From an uncultured virus (IMG/VR IMGVR_UViG_3300031784_002630) (Duplodnaviria > Heunggongvirae > Uroviricota > Caudoviricetes), in the IMG/VR virus record IMGVR_UViG_3300031784_002630, positions 1 through 64,000 of that record: a DNA stretch of 64,000 nucleotides; one strand, given 5' to 3'. Below are positions 18,461 through 27,567 of this stretch, in pieces. A model generated the notes under the pieces. The model ran no database searches. It saw only the letters and a list, made by a program, of their open reading frames with translations, and had not been told where the DNA came from. Position 1 is the stretch's first letter. Every line of letters starts with the position of its first letter. The position numbers and the translations under genes were made by a program.

Positions 18461-18719
18461 GTTGTTCTTTTAATTTTTTTGTTTTTTGGTTTAAATCACC
18501 AAGTTTATTATTAAGTTGTAAATTTTTGTCGTGAAGTTTTTTAGTCTCTTCTGCAATACTATCAACCATTAATTTATTTTTTCCAATCAGAAGATTTAAT
18601 GAATCACATTGTTTTTCCAAATCATTGACTTTAGATAAATTAACAGGTTTAGGTTGGGTCATAATGATATAACCAATGAATAACAATACCACAACAATTT
18701 CAATAATTGTTCTTTTCAT
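18375..18719 (-). CDS. N-terminal TM plus coiled-coil protein (i-spanin-like)
   Basis: TM helix followed by a heptad-rich segment; close to the amidase-like gene. Confidence 0.55.
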   Translation of the reverse strand: MKRTIIEIVVVLLFIGYIIMTQPKPVNLSKVNDLEKQCDSLNLLIGKNKLMVDSIAEETKKLHDKNLQLNNKLGDLNQKTKKLKEQHEKDIAHLNSLSDNDVADLFAKEFAELK

Positions 18720-18720
18720 A

Positions 18721-19251
18721 TTAATTTTCCTTTACTGATGTTTTCTTTCTTCCGGCAATTACCTTAGCCCATTTAGATTTGAACTTCTCATAATATCCTG
18801 TTAGTTTACTAATAGTATCCATAAACTTCTCGTCGAGTTTTAATTGGTTACCATTAATATATACACCATTTTGTTCACCAATTGTCATAAAAAATTCAAT
18901 ATCGTGGTCAATAATTTTACCACTCCATTCTACAGAATTTTTATACAAGTTTAAAGGACCAAAATCTGTCAAATCAGATACTTCAGAAACAAATTCGTCC
19001 ATTGTCTCTTGGAATGTTGTTTTATCATCAGTAGTGATTGATGTTTCAGTAGCGTTTGTACCATGAATAACTAAGATACCACCTGAAACTCTATACTTTT
19101 TGTATTGGTCTTTTGGTGTTTTTTGTTCATCTTGGTCAATTTTTTCTTCAATATCAGCACCGATATTTGGTGCACCTATTGGTTGTTCTGTTAGTAATCT
19201 TGACCTTTTCAAAAGGTCTTTAATTTCGTCGTATTGATTATTGTTCATCAT
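18721..19251 (-). CDS. Hypothetical protein
   Basis: 176-aa ORF; N-terminal IKDLLKRSRLLTE. Confidence 0.65.
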   Translation of the reverse strand: MMNNNQYDEIKDLLKRSRLLTEQPIGAPNIGADIEEKIDQDEQKTPKDQYKKYRVSGGILVIHGTNATETSITTDDKTTFQETMDEFVSEVSDLTDFGPLNLYKNSVEWSGKIIDHDIEFFMTIGEQNGVYINGNQLKLDEKFMDTISKLTGYYEKFKSKWAKVIAGRKKTSVKEN

Positions 19252-19798
19252 TAAAGTTTTCTAATAAATATACGAAGTTGAAAGCTGGCGACAAATCTGT
19301 GTAATCTTCTGACAAATTACTTCTATTAATTATTCCGTTGAATTTTTCAACCCCGTTTAATTTGGTATTATGACCTATAAATTTTTTTGGTATTTTGAAT
19401 TCTTCACATAATGTAGTACACAATTTAACCAAACTTTGTAATTGTTCTTCACTGTATTTGTCCCAAAAATATTTGTTTCTCCATTTTCTTTCATGAACAT
19501 CTGTAACTTTGTTTCCCAACCAATTTGAATAAGTTGTTGATAGTAAATTTTTATTTACCCAACCTAAGTTTTCTAAACAAATAACAATTGATTTATCACC
19601 AAGTTTTTTATCTTCTAAAAACTCTGAGGATTTTTCAGGTGATAATGTCTCAACAACTGAACCATCCTTTAATATAACATAATTGGGAAGTCGGTCATAC
19701 TTCCCATTATTTCTAAAATCTAGTGACGTTAAATAATCTTTTCCCACCCTTGATGTGTGGCTTAAAATTATTAATTTTTTCTTTTTTGATTCAGTCAT
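19238..19798 (-). CDS. N-acetylmuramoyl-L-alanine amidase (Amidase_2)-like protein, possibly degenerate
   Basis: IILSHT, YVI..DG.V, SIVICLEN, YSEEQLQSL..LC and D.SPAF framework. Confidence 0.7.
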   Translation of the reverse strand: MTESKKKKLIILSHTSRVGKDYLTSLDFRNNGKYDRLPNYVILKDGSVVETLSPEKSSEFLEDKKLGDKSIVICLENLGWVNKNLLSTTYSNWLGNKVTDVHERKWRNKYFWDKYSEEQLQSLVKLCTTLCEEFKIPKKFIGHNTKLNGVEKFNGIINRSNLSEDYTDLSPAFNFVYLLENFNDEQ

Positions 19799-20603
19799 TC
19801 TTCGTATAAACTAATCTGTTTATTTGTGGTTCAATAACAGGTTCGTCATCTACAAAGTATAATTGTTCTGATGGTGTAGGTGTAGGAGGTATAACTTCAT
19901 TTACAGTATCATTTACAGTATCATTTACAGTATCAGTTACTGGTTCATTAATTTCAGTCTTTTGATTGTATTTTTTTTCGAATAACTCTTGTAATTTATT
20001 CAAATCATCTTGAGTTGGTATGTATGGTTGATATTTTTCAACAATTTCTTTTTCTTTTTTACCAGCTTCTTTAGATATCTCATCAATAATTTCATCGGTA
20101 ACTTCGACCATTGGTATAGTTTCAATTTTTGTTTGTTCAGAATACTTAACCAACATGTGTGCAAATGTTAAGGATATTAATGGTAACATTCCACCTGAAA
20201 TTAAAGCTAACCATCTTTTTTGTGCTAACATGTCTGTAATGTCAACTCCAAATGTTTCGAGTAACGGACCCGATAATTCGACCCATTGTTTAAATAAATC
20301 ACTTGTCTGATTAATAAATGAATAAGCAAAAAATACGTTACCAACAAACTGAATAAAAGTTACAATCAAAAATGGAACATAGACAAATCTACCCATGTTC
20401 GCTGAAATACCAGCAAGTGCTCCAAGAGCGGCAATTTCAATTGCTACGGACAAATAAATTGCCCAAGAAAAAGGGTTAGTTAAACCATAAAAAGTTGTTA
20501 CGTGACTAATGGAAACAAAGGCAACTAATAAAATAGGAATTGTAAATGACGTAGCAATAATTCCTTTTAGATTTTCTCTAACCCAATTCTTCAAGTTCTT
20601 CAT
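19791..20603 (-). CDS. Multi-pass membrane protein with acidic/Pro-rich tail
   Basis: About four hydrophobic helices in the N-terminal half. Confidence 0.65.
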   Translation of the reverse strand: MKNLKNWVRENLKGIIATSFTIPILLVAFVSISHVTTFYGLTNPFSWAIYLSVAIEIAALGALAGISANMGRFVYVPFLIVTFIQFVGNVFFAYSFINQTSDLFKQWVELSGPLLETFGVDITDMLAQKRWLALISGGMLPLISLTFAHMLVKYSEQTKIETIPMVEVTDEIIDEISKEAGKKEKEIVEKYQPYIPTQDDLNKLQELFEKKYNQKTEINEPVTDTVNDTVNDTVNEVIPPTPTPSEQLYFVDDEPVIEPQINRLVYTKND

Positions 20604-20863
20604 TATTTTTTATCTTCTTCGTTTTTATAGTGATTAATCGGAACGTGTTCCTTGTCACTAAGTTCTTCAATTTCAAGAGTTTTCCAATTAGGTGTTGTCT
20701 TGATAATTTCTTTCATCTTTTGTTCTGTAACAATTTTTGAGTTAATAGAATCAACTTGTTTTTTTAATCTTGAAACTTCAGAACCTGTTCCACAAGTACG
20801 GAATAATACCAGTACTAAAACGACCAAAAGAATCCACTCTAAATTTTCTTTAATCTTTTTCAT
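20603..20863 (-). CDS. Small membrane or lipoprotein-like protein
   Basis: WILLVVLVLVLFRTCG followed by a coiled coil; TATTTAT at 20879-20885. Confidence 0.6.
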   Translation of the reverse strand: MKKIKENLEWILLVVLVLVLFRTCGTGSEVSRLKKQVDSINSKIVTEQKMKEIIKTTPNWKTLEIEELSDKEHVPINHYKNEEDKK

Positions 20864-20893
20864 AATGTTTTTTTATTAATAAATACCAAATTT

Positions 20894-21721
20894 TTATAAA
20901 TAGTCAAATAATGTTGAACACTCATTACGTAATTTACGTAACGCTTTTTCTTTAATTTGACGAACTCTTTCCTTAGTCAATTTAAAATCATTACCGATGT
21001 CTTCAAGTGTTCTTGGAGTTCCAGTTAGTCCAAAATAGTCCTCAACAATAATTCTTTCACGTTCATCCAAGATGCTCAAAATGGAAAGTAGTTTTTCTTT
21101 TAACATTTCCTCAGTATTCAACCCTTCGTCAGGCATTGAAGCGTTTTGGTTAATAATCATATCCAAAAGTGTATCACCATCTTCATTAATTGTTTGTTGC
21201 AAATTAATTGTAGTTGGGAGTGTGGCTAATCTACTGTCGAGTTCCGAAATACCTTTATCGACTTCTTTCTTTGCCCTGTGTAGCTCTTGAACCACATTTA
21301 CAGGAAGACGAATTGTTCGTGCGTTTTCATTAAGGGATTGTAAGATTGATTGTTTAACCCACCAAACAGCGTATGAAATAAAACGTAATTTTTTAGTCCA
21401 ATCGAAGTTTTGAATGGCTTTTATTAATCCTAAGTTCCCTTCAGCAATCAAATCTGAAAGGTCTAATCCTTGATTTTGGTATTGTTTAGCAACTGTAATT
21501 ACAAAACGTAAATTACCTTCGAGTAATTCTTTGTGAATCTGTTGTTTTTGACGCTCAGTACAATTTATATCTAAAATCAAATCTGACAGTTGACGTTCAC
21601 GGTCAGGTGTCATTACTTTTAGTTTACGAATGTCCTTAAGGTATGATGAAATTTCTTCTTGGTTAATAGAACCTGTGTTCTTAGTTGTTTGGTGGTTTTT
21701 AGATAGCTCTGGAGTAGTCAT
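20894..21721 (-). CDS. rpoD: RNA polymerase sigma70 factor, RpoD-like, lacking region 1.1
   Basis: NLRFVITVAKQY, DLIAEGNLGLIKA, RFISYAVWW, RTIRLP and TLEDIG..F.LTKERVRQI.EKAL motifs. Confidence 0.92.
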   Translation of the reverse strand: MTTPELSKNHQTTKNTGSINQEEISSYLKDIRKLKVMTPDRERQLSDLILDINCTERQKQQIHKELLEGNLRFVITVAKQYQNQGLDLSDLIAEGNLGLIKAIQNFDWTKKLRFISYAVWWVKQSILQSLNENARTIRLPVNVVQELHRAKKEVDKGISELDSRLATLPTTINLQQTINEDGDTLLDMIINQNASMPDEGLNTEEMLKEKLLSILSILDERERIIVEDYFGLTGTPRTLEDIGNDFKLTKERVRQIKEKALRKLRNECSTLFDYL

Positions 21722-22256
21722 AAAGTAGTTCTTTTTCTTGGTTTGTTAGTTTGTCGATTCCGACTGTTTTTATTTTGTCTAATAGTTCGTCTAATGTTGG
21801 CACGTTTGCCTGTTCATATATATCATCAGGTTCATTTTTGGAACCAAACAAGTTGGTCAAAACATGTTCCATGACTTCAGATATGTGTTTTATGTCAGTA
21901 TTTTCGGACAATTTGTCAGTTTTTAGCGTGTTTTCATTATCTAAATCCATTAAGTCATCTTCAATGTCTTTAGGTAACGATACTAATATATTTTTATTGT
22001 GTGGTAATAAAATATAATTGTCAATTATATCTTCTAACACAATTTTACAGAACTCTTTGATATCCTTTGGTGTCTCTTCTGTTTCGAAATGTGAAATCAC
22101 ATATTCATCTGTAAAATGAAACTTCATAAAATTTGAACATAAAACAGGTTCAAATTGTCCTAAAATTTGTTCTAATAGAAAGTTATTGTTTTTAAAATCA
22201 CCGAACAACAACAGGAAATACTTTGTACCTACAACTTCTCTTTTTTTATTTGACAT
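21699..22256 (-). CDS. Hypothetical protein with C-terminal 'LDELLDKI...GIDKLT..EK' helical module
   Basis: Resembles the DUF6576-type tail of Bacteroidota proteins (recognised by eye). Confidence 0.6.
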   Translation of the reverse strand: MSNKKREVVGTKYFLLLFGDFKNNNFLLEQILGQFEPVLCSNFMKFHFTDEYVISHFETEETPKDIKEFCKIVLEDIIDNYILLPHNKNILVSLPKDIEDDLMDLDNENTLKTDKLSENTDIKHISEVMEHVLTNLFGSKNEPDDIYEQANVPTLDELLDKIKTVGIDKLTNQEKELLYDYSRAI

Positions 22257-22269
22257 ATATTTATATTTT

Positions 22270-22554
22270 ATGAAACAGATTATTATTACTGAAAATCAAT
22301 TAGCAAATATAGCTAAAAAACTTAATAAAACCAAAAAAAATATTAAGGAAGGAAACGATATGAATGTTTCTAACTATATGTTTTTTGGTAACATTGAACA
22401 GATGCATAGACAATTAGGATTGTTATTAGAATTAGACCCACAAATGGTTGACTCTATTATACAAGACGGACATGATTGGGCTGATGACCACATTTCCGAA
22501 GCGAAAACAAATATAGACCAAGTATTTGATTTTATGATGAATAAAATTGATTAA
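22270..22554 (+). CDS. Hypothetical protein (MKQIIITENQL), probable internal head protein
   Basis: ATG at 22270 after TATTTATA (22258-22265). Confidence 0.65.
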   Translation: MKQIIITENQLANIAKKLNKTKKNIKEGNDMNVSNYMFFGNIEQMHRQLGLLLELDPQMVDSIIQDGHDWADDHISEAKTNIDQVFDFMMNKID

Positions 22555-22592
22555 AATTATTGAGGACTAAATCCTCCGATTACCAAGAAATA

Positions 22593-22625
22593 AAAAGACC
22601 TCCTATTAATCATAGGAGGTTTTTT
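22593..22625. terminator. Bidirectional terminator
   Basis: AAAGACCTCCTA-TTAATCA-TAGGAGGTTTTT between convergent genes. Confidence 0.8.
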
Positions 22626-22737
22626 GTTTTCTTGAATATACTTTTTTGGATTTTACAACCCTCACAACATTTTTTCTACGAACAATTTGTGCGATGTGTC
22701 CGTCTGATAAACCCTGTTTCCAATCTTTCTTTTCCAT
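22606..22737 (-). CDS. Small basic protein (43 aa), weakly ArfA-like
   Basis: Hand-read MEKKDWKQGLSDGHIAQIVRRKNVVRVVKSKKVYSRKQKTSYD, with its own promoter and terminator. Confidence 0.65.
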   Translation of the reverse strand: MEKKDWKQGLSDGHIAQIVRRKNVVRVVKSKKVYSRKQKTSYD

Positions 22738-22744
22738 AACAATA

Positions 22745-22776
22745 CAAAGATACTACTAAATACGCAATTAACCAAA
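22745..22776 (-). promoter_or_regulatory. Bacteroidota-type promoter
   Basis: Minus strand TTTG-N20-TATCTTTG. Confidence 0.7.
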
Positions 22777-22780
22777 CTAA

Positions 22781-25150
22781 TTACTGTATTACCTTTGAAA
22801 TATTATCTTCTTTTTTAATCTTAACTACGTTGTCCGACCAATTTGATACCAATGGGTTGTGGGTAATTACAAACACTTTTTCAAAGTAATCCTTAATCTT
22901 AGTAAAAAATTCCCCTACCATGTCAAGGTTTTCATTCGATACCTTACCAAACACCTCGTCAAATACAACTATGTTTGGTTTAGGTAGTGAACATACTTTA
23001 CTTAAAACCGCTCTTAGTGCCAATGAGGCGATTGTCCTTTCAAAACCTGAACCACTTGCCATTAGTTTTTCAACACCTGTCCCATTGTCAACCATCACAA
23101 ATTCAACTTCATTCTTGTCATTAATTCTAACTTCAAGTTTAAAGAACGCACTATCTTGTAACAATCTTTGTAACTCATCGTTAATCAATGGTGTCATGGT
23201 TTTCATAATCATTTTTGAAATACCGTTCTTACCAAAGATTTCCAAGTAGGTTTTATAAATCTTTTCTTTTTCGAACTCGGATGCAATTTGTGTTATGATA
23301 CCTTGTTTGTTTTTGATATCACGTTCACAATTCTGAATCATCGTTTTGTTGGAAGATATTTTAGATGTGTGAGATGTTTTTTCACGTTCAATTTCTTCTA
23401 TGCGAAGATTAGCTTTAATGATTTGTTCTTCAATGCTCTTGTTCTTTTCAATCTTTGTTTGAACTTGGTGATATCTTTCAAGTTTCCCCTCAGCATTGGC
23501 GAGCTTGAGACCGTCTGCCTCAAGAGTAAGTTCATACTTTTCTTTGATGAGTTTGCTCTTCTCGTATTGTTCGAATTCTTTCTTAATTTGTACATATTCT
23601 TTTTCTTTTGTATTAAGTTCTATTAAAACACAATTTAGGTTTTCACTTTGTTCCTTCAGGGAGTCTATTTCTGAAAGTTTAGCTTGTGTTAAAGCTGCGT
23701 TCATTAAATCAATTCCACAGTGTTCACATTTGATTCCACCTGACACTGTCTTGGACAATTGGACCAATTCGTTAATCTTTACATCAACAAGTGTTTTTTG
23801 TTTGTAATTGTCATTGTAAGATTCTTTAATTAAATCATACTCATCCTCTTTAAAGTACTTTGATGGTTCAACCACATCAACTTCTTTGATTTGTAATTTG
23901 GTTGTATTAATCTTTCCTTTGAGAGTTGTAATCTCGGATTCAAGTGTTGACAAATTAAGAACTAACAATTCGTGGTCGATATCATTGTATTTTTGTGAAA
24001 TCAACCCTTCTTTGTAATCCCTACCTTTTGTTAACCTTGTATCTGCATCTAAAATCTTGACATCTAAATCTTTGTTTTCATTTTCATAGCTTACAATTTT
24101 ACCTTCTAAATCTATAATATCAGATTTTAATGTCTCGGTATTATAGACATTCGACATCATTGATTTGTTAAATTCAGAGTAGAGTTCCTTACCAGTCTCT
24201 TCTTTTTTCTTCAAGAATTCAAGACCCAAAAATCTTGATAAGACCTGACCACGAGCGGTTGGTTTGGCTTCCAATAAGTCTTCCAAATTTGACGCTGTGG
24301 TCAAGATTGTCATTAAGAAGTCATCAATATCCCCAATTGAATTCTTGATGAAACTTTCGGTCTCCCTTCTTTGTTCACCTGTGAAATTTTGTAATTGTCC
24401 ATCAGCAAGTTTTTTAAAGAAGTCCAATTCAGTTTTTACATTCCATTCACCTGATTTGGCTTTTTTTCTTTCAATTTGACGAACAATAATGTATTCTTCA
24501 CCATCAATCATAATGTCACCCCTAACTGATACTTTGTTCTTATCAGAAAATCTGTTGAAAATTTCTTCGGCTTTGGTTGTCTTGGTTGTGGTGTTAAAGA
24601 ATAAGAAAAGTAACAAGTCGACAGTTAAGACCGTCTTTCCACCAAAGTTTGGTGGGTCTGACTCAACAACTGTGATACCATTACATTGGTCAAAATCTAG
24701 CACCTGATTTTCACCATAAGACAAGAAGTTTGAAAACTCAATTTTCTTAATGTACCACTTTTTAAATGCGGTAACCTCTTGTGATGTCATTTTATTTTCA
24801 ACCGCAGTATCCAACTTAATAACATCATCAAATATGTTATCTTGTCCCTTCTGTTTAAGAAGTTCTTTCATCAATTCAATCTGGTAGTTTCGGTCCATTA
24901 TATTGAACGAAACGTCCACAGTTTGTTTTACATCACTAGATGTTTTAACTTTGGTTAATACGTTTATGTTTGTTGAGTTATATTTCTTTGAGAAGTATGT
25001 TCTAACACTTTTGATTCTTTCTTGTGTGAAATTTTCAGCAGTATCCTCCCACACCACTTGGACATATGGATTTTCAAGTTTACTTACATCTAATTTGTGT
25101 GTCATAAATTTAAAGTTCGGTACTATCGGTGGGTTGAATAGGTCCATCAT
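22781..25150 (-). CDS. sbcC: SbcC/Rad50 (gp46-like) ATPase
   Basis: Walker A NFGGKT, coiled coil with CEHC zinc hook, SGSGFE signature, VVFDE Walker B, ITH loop. Confidence 0.92.
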   Translation of the reverse strand: MMDLFNPPIVPNFKFMTHKLDVSKLENPYVQVVWEDTAENFTQERIKSVRTYFSKKYNSTNINVLTKVKTSSDVKQTVDVSFNIMDRNYQIELMKELLKQKGQDNIFDDVIKLDTAVENKMTSQEVTAFKKWYIKKIEFSNFLSYGENQVLDFDQCNGITVVESDPPNFGGKTVLTVDLLLFLFFNTTTKTTKAEEIFNRFSDKNKVSVRGDIMIDGEEYIIVRQIERKKAKSGEWNVKTELDFFKKLADGQLQNFTGEQRRETESFIKNSIGDIDDFLMTILTTASNLEDLLEAKPTARGQVLSRFLGLEFLKKKEETGKELYSEFNKSMMSNVYNTETLKSDIIDLEGKIVSYENENKDLDVKILDADTRLTKGRDYKEGLISQKYNDIDHELLVLNLSTLESEITTLKGKINTTKLQIKEVDVVEPSKYFKEDEYDLIKESYNDNYKQKTLVDVKINELVQLSKTVSGGIKCEHCGIDLMNAALTQAKLSEIDSLKEQSENLNCVLIELNTKEKEYVQIKKEFEQYEKSKLIKEKYELTLEADGLKLANAEGKLERYHQVQTKIEKNKSIEEQIIKANLRIEEIEREKTSHTSKISSNKTMIQNCERDIKNKQGIITQIASEFEKEKIYKTYLEIFGKNGISKMIMKTMTPLINDELQRLLQDSAFFKLEVRINDKNEVEFVMVDNGTGVEKLMASGSGFERTIASLALRAVLSKVCSLPKPNIVVFDEVFGKVSNENLDMVGEFFTKIKDYFEKVFVITHNPLVSNWSDNVVKIKKEDNISKVIQ

Positions 25151-25316
25151 TTTCTGTGGTTCCTGAATTTTTTATGTGTTCCTCATGTAATGCTTTCAAA
25201 TGTTCAACCATTTTCTGATTATACATTTTTTGATACATCTTACCCAATTGGTCAATCTGAGTGTTTCGTTGTTGCACTTTCTTTTTGTGGTCTTTTCTAT
25301 TTCTTGATTTTGGCAT
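25110..25316 (-). CDS. Small basic hypothetical protein
   Basis: 68-aa ORF starting MPKSRNRK. Confidence 0.6.
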   Translation of the reverse strand: MPKSRNRKDHKKKVQQRNTQIDQLGKMYQKMYNQKMVEHLKALHEEHIKNSGTTENDGPIQPTDSTEL

Positions 25317-25363
25317 CTGTGAAAAATATTAATGTTGTTTAAGTATAAGAAAAATAAATGATT

Positions 25364-25401
25364 AAAAAAAGAAGTCCCTGTAAACTTTCGCTTACAAGGA
25401 C
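25364..25401 (-). terminator. Probable terminator
   Basis: GTCC-TGTAA/TTACA-GGAC imperfect hairpin with a T-rich tail on the minus strand. Confidence 0.5.
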
Positions 25402-25423
25402 CGTATTTTAGATTTAAATTAGG

Positions 25424-25756
25424 TTATTTTTTTTCGAACCATTCAATGATTGCGTTGACCGCCCAAACTGAACCAGATGCTAACATACCATCAAAAAATG
25501 TACTTGCAATTATGTTTGTATCAAAACAATACTTGGTCGGTGAAAACAACACCAAACTCATAAAAAATCCAACCCATGTTGATGTACACATCATACATTT
25601 CAGTAATCCTGATAAAAATTCACCTAATGATTGAAATGGTGCATATTCATCTGCTCCCCATTTATAAAGACCAGCTCTTAAGGATTCAAATATTGAACCG
25701 TAAACTAAAATTTGACTCATTCCATAAGCCATTAAAATCCAAATTGTTAACCACAT
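25424..25756 (-). CDS. DUF1360-like membrane protein
   Basis: TM helices with LLKCMMCTSTWVG (CxxC-x3-W) motif. Confidence 0.7.
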   Translation of the reverse strand: MWLTIWILMAYGMSQILVYGSIFESLRAGLYKWGADEYAPFQSLGEFLSGLLKCMMCTSTWVGFFMSLVLFSPTKYCFDTNIIASTFFDGMLASGSVWAVNAIIEWFEKK

Positions 25757-25764
25757 ATTTTAAA

Positions 25765-26421
25765 TTATTTGTATAAAGTATCATCTAAATTTGAGGAACG
25801 TAAATACTTTGCCCTCTCGTTTATTTCATTATTTTTTTGTTGTTCTGTTAATTTTTTGTTCAACTCATCAATCTCAATATTCTTATCTCTAAGGTTCTTC
25901 ATTAAAGATTGAATTGTATTTTGCAATTGTTGTGAATTGTTGTTATCGTGGAAAATATTTTCCATTTCTGTCATCTTAGTGGAAAATACTACTAGTTCTG
26001 ACTCTAATTCTTCTATTTTAGTGGAAAATATTTTTTTTTCAGATTCTAACTGTTGTATTTTTAACAACAGTTCATTCTCACTTGTTTTGTCACTAATATA
26101 TTCTATTTTTGTTACAACGGTCTCTACAGGAACCTCTTTGATAACCACTCGGTCAACAGGTACTTCTTTAATAACTTCAACAATTTTTTCAACCTCTTTA
26201 ATCACTTCAACAGGAATTTCCACCCGTTTTTCACGGATTACCTCCTTTTCCACCCATTTTTCTTGAATCCCACCCATATTTCCCACAAGTCCGTACTTTT
26301 CAATGTTATATCCGGTCTTGAATGATTTCTTAATCAACTCATCAATTGTGATGTTATTAAGTTTGCAAAATAACTCAACCTCCTGTTGTTCAGAATAAGA
26401 TAGAGTTATTTTGTGTTCCAT
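25765..26421 (-). CDS. Coiled-coil protein with V/E/K/P (articulin-like) repeats
   Basis: VEKEVIREKRVEIPVEVIKEVEKIVEVIKEVPV; likely start MEHKI at 26421. Confidence 0.65.
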   Translation of the reverse strand: MEHKITLSYSEQQEVELFCKLNNITIDELIKKSFKTGYNIEKYGLVGNMGGIQEKWVEKEVIREKRVEIPVEVIKEVEKIVEVIKEVPVDRVVIKEVPVETVVTKIEYISDKTSENELLLKIQQLESEKKIFSTKIEELESELVVFSTKMTEMENIFHDNNNSQQLQNTIQSLMKNLRDKNIEIDELNKKLTEQQKNNEINERAKYLRSSNLDDTLYK

Positions 26422-26422
26422 A

Positions 26423-27205
26423 TTAATAGTTGTGAAGTTTTTCAGTCCCTGATTCAATAATAGAATAATCATCCATTTTGAATACCAAGAAAGGTTTTGG
26501 GTTTTCTAAATCCACAAATTCGTATTTATCATTTTCAACATCATAAATACCGTATCCATGTGACTTTACTGTTTCACCAAAATTTTGTTGAATCGTTGAC
26601 CCAACCATATAAGCTTTCTTTTGGCCGGGAATATCAAAGACTTGGCGCTTATGGATATCACCACAAAGCACAAGGCTACAACCCATAAAACGATGTGTAT
26701 CGAACCCTTCTTCAAATTTATAACCAACATCTGTAGTAAGACCGACAATCGGTCCATGAAATAATCCAATCTTAACATTTTGCGAATTCGGGTCAATGTC
26801 GGGTGTAATGTTGTGGTCCATAAGTGAGTAAACCACCCAATCAATATTTTCATCTTTATAAACTCCTCTATTTTTATAATAATTTATTTGTTCATTTTGT
26901 AGTGAATCAATAATTGGTGATAGAGCATCCAACCTTGATGAGTTGTTTTCAAGGAAATCATGGTTTCCAATAATTAATACTGTTTTGGCAATCTTAGAAC
27001 ATTCGGTCAGTGTCCAAGCAACAAACTCAATTAGTTCTGGTGTCATTTGATTCTTTGAATGGACTAAATCTCCCGTAAATACAATACGGTCAGGTGCAAT
27101 TTCTCTCCATTGTTCAAACATTGTATTTAAAATACCACGATACAAATCATGGTCTTTAAACATCCTTACGTGTAAATCTGAAAAGTGTACGAGTTTTTTA
27201 ATCAT
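26423..27205 (-). CDS. sbcD: SbcD/Mre11 (gp47-like) metallophosphoesterase nuclease
   Basis: DLH, GDLVH, GNHD, FH and GDIH motifs. Confidence 0.9.
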   Translation of the reverse strand: MIKKLVHFSDLHVRMFKDHDLYRGILNTMFEQWREIAPDRIVFTGDLVHSKNQMTPELIEFVAWTLTECSKIAKTVLIIGNHDFLENNSSRLDALSPIIDSLQNEQINYYKNRGVYKDENIDWVVYSLMDHNITPDIDPNSQNVKIGLFHGPIVGLTTDVGYKFEEGFDTHRFMGCSLVLCGDIHKRQVFDIPGQKKAYMVGSTIQQNFGETVKSHGYGIYDVENDKYEFVDLENPKPFLVFKMDDYSIIESGTEKLHNY

Positions 27206-27419
27206 TATCAAATAATTTAAAGTCTTGATTCACATGTGAACACTTATCACAACAATAAGTTGGAAATGGTACAATAGTATCCTCGTGTGAACCAGTTAAT
27301 AGTTTTGAAACTTTTTTGATATAAGTAACTTCTCGGAACATATCATGTCCACAAGCCTCACAAACAACCGATGGTTGTTCTCTGAGGTCAATATTCATTT
27401 TTGGTGTATCCATATCCAT
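27198..27419 (-). CDS. Small zinc-ribbon protein
   Basis: CEAC and CDKC pairs. Confidence 0.7.
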   Translation of the reverse strand: MDMDTPKMNIDLREQPSVVCEACGHDMFREVTYIKKVSKLLTGSHEDTIVPFPTYCCDKCSHVNQDFKLFDND

Positions 27420-27456
27420 AAATGAAAATATAGTAAATTAAAATTAAAAAACCAAC

Positions 27457-27567
27457 TTAATCATTTGGTATTTTTACGTGAGGGTTGTTACTAAACTTTT
27501 TTGAAAGTTTTTCCCAAAACTTTCTTTCTTGTCTGTACTTACCCTTTCTTGTTCTTTGTATTTTCAT
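27457..27567 (-). CDS. Possible small basic protein (36 aa)
   Basis: Hand-read MKIQRTRKGKYRQERKFWEKLSKKFSNNPHVKIPND filling an intergenic gap. Confidence 0.35.
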   Translation of the reverse strand: MKIQRTRKGKYRQERKFWEKLSKKFSNNPHVKIPND

